Shown here: one piece after another, positions 63,227 to 64,000 of the stretch
Position numbering within the stretch: position 1 is the first letter of the stretch
Layout of the letters: every line of letters starts with the position of its first letter
Assembly (NCBI GenBank): GCA_016869025.1
Contig: VGFA01000006.1
Coordinates: 16,065-80,064 of the forward strand
Direction of reading: 5' to 3'
DNA length: 64,000 nucleotides
Origin: Armatimonadota bacterium
GTDB lineage: Bacteria > Sysuimicrobiota > Sysuimicrobiia > Sysuimicrobiales > Humicultoraceae
Notes under the pieces: model-generated
Told to the model about the DNA's origin: nothing
What the model saw: only the letters and a program-made list of their open reading frames with translations
Database searches by the model: none
Position numbers and translations under genes: made by a program

Positions 63227-64000
63227 ATGATGCAGACACCTGCCGGGCCAACCGGTTCCCGCAAGCTTCGCGCAGCCGGCATCTCGCTGGCAGCCGGCGT
63301 GGCGATCCTCGGGCTCAAGGTGGCCGCCTACATGGTCACCGGTTCGGTGGCGCTGCTCTCCGACGCCGCGGAGTCGGTGGTCAACATCCTGGCGGCGAAC
63401 GTCGCGCTGGTGAGTCTGCTGGTCGCGGTTCGCCCCCCGGACGAAGGCCATCAGTACGGCCACGCGAAGGCCGAGTACGTTAGCAGCGCCACCGAAGGGG
63501 CGATGATTGCGGCGGCCGGCGGTTGGATCGTGCTGACCGCGGCCAACCGGCTGCTCAACCCGCAACCACTGGTTCACATTCCTGTTGGCCTCTTTCTGCT
63601 GGTGGCCGGCACGGCATTGAACCTGGCCGTCGCGCTCTACCTGCTGCGCGTGTCGCGCGCCGGGCGGTCAATCGCGCTCGAGGCGTCGGCCAAGCACCTT
63701 CTTTCGGACGTCATCACCTCCGCGGGCGTCTTCGTCGGGCTGGGCCTCGTGGCCGTCACCGGCTGGGCGCCTTTGGACGCGATCGCGGCCATCGTCGTCG
63801 GCGCCAACATCGGCTGGATGGGGCTGGTGCTGTTGCGGCGCTCGATCAGCGGCCTGATGGACGCCCGGTTTCCTCCCGAGGAAGAGGCCAAGATCCGGAC
63901 GGTACTCGACGAACACCAGGGCGAGATCGTTGAGTACCACGCGTTGCGCACCCGTGAGGCCGGCGCCGACCGGTTCCTCGATGTGCACCTGGTGCTGCAC
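63227..64000 (+). CDS. Cation diffusion facilitator (CzcD/FieF-type) transporter; 3' end outside the window
   Basis: Own translation from ATG 63227 gives MMQTPAGPTGSRKLRAAGISLAAGVAILGLKVAAYMVTGSVALLSDAAESVVNIL...HQYGHAKAEY...LLSDVITSAGV. Not in the ORF track because it has no stop inside the window. Confidence 0.85.
   Translation, partial: MMQTPAGPTGSRKLRAAGISLAAGVAILGLKVAAYMVTGSVALLSDAAESVVNILAANVALVSLLVAVRPPDEGHQYGHAKAEYVSSATEGAMIAAAGGWIVLTAANRLLNPQPLVHIPVGLFLLVAGTALNLAVALYLLRVSRAGRSIALEASAKHLLSDVITSAGVFVGLGLVAVTGWAPLDAIAAIVVGANIGWMGLVLLRRSISGLMDARFPPEEEAKIRTVLDEHQGEIVEYHALRTREAGADRFLDVHLVLH

Overview
High-GC bacterial chromosome segment, mostly core metabolism, with two accessory patches. 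G+C spot counts are 44/60 in line 45001 (core) against 33/60 in line 56881 (accessory).

Core genes, left to right:
- RND efflux pair, GT39 glycosyltransferase, uracil-DNA glycosylase, tRNA-Val, M29 aminopeptidase, tRNA-Thr.
- GNAT acetyltransferase, M20 peptidase, aconitase, GDPD, Spy/CpxP-like chaperone, and a giant PAS/GAF/HD-GYP sensor.
- A solute ABC importer, then proC behind a proline T-box leader.
- Kef-type antiporter, MBL hydrolase and SDR.
- A large block combining Liv-type amino-acid uptake, 2-oxoacid:ferredoxin oxidoreductase and fatty-acid beta-oxidation, with a VapBC pair inside it.
- Penicillin-acylase-family protein and a CDF transporter at the right edge.

Accessory patch 1 (about 6.6-9.5 kb) is a degraded island. 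It is bounded by a 21-bp direct repeat of the tRNA-Thr 3' end and carries decayed AbiE and PLD-Snf2 remnants.

Accessory patch 2 (48.3-60.8 kb) is a defence island with no mobility genes.
- It holds an intact AbiEi/AbiEii pair whose toxin carries a C-terminal WYL-like domain.
- It also holds a type I R-M operon split open by three extra genes, in the order hsdR - HNH - hsdS - small HEPN-like ORF - 882-aa HEPN-like/NB-ARC STAND NTPase - hsdM.
- The embedded HEPN-like plus STAND pair is my best candidate for an undescribed, R-M-coupled defence module, analogous to PrrC.

Several genes carry frame disruptions: the RND permease, AbiEi, an aldo/keto reductase, an esterase and the sensor. These need read-level verification. 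No CRISPR array, rRNA, integrase or transposase was seen.

Lineage guess (speculative): a high-GC Firmicutes-like organism, based on the T-box leader and the FadN/FadE-type gene organisation.
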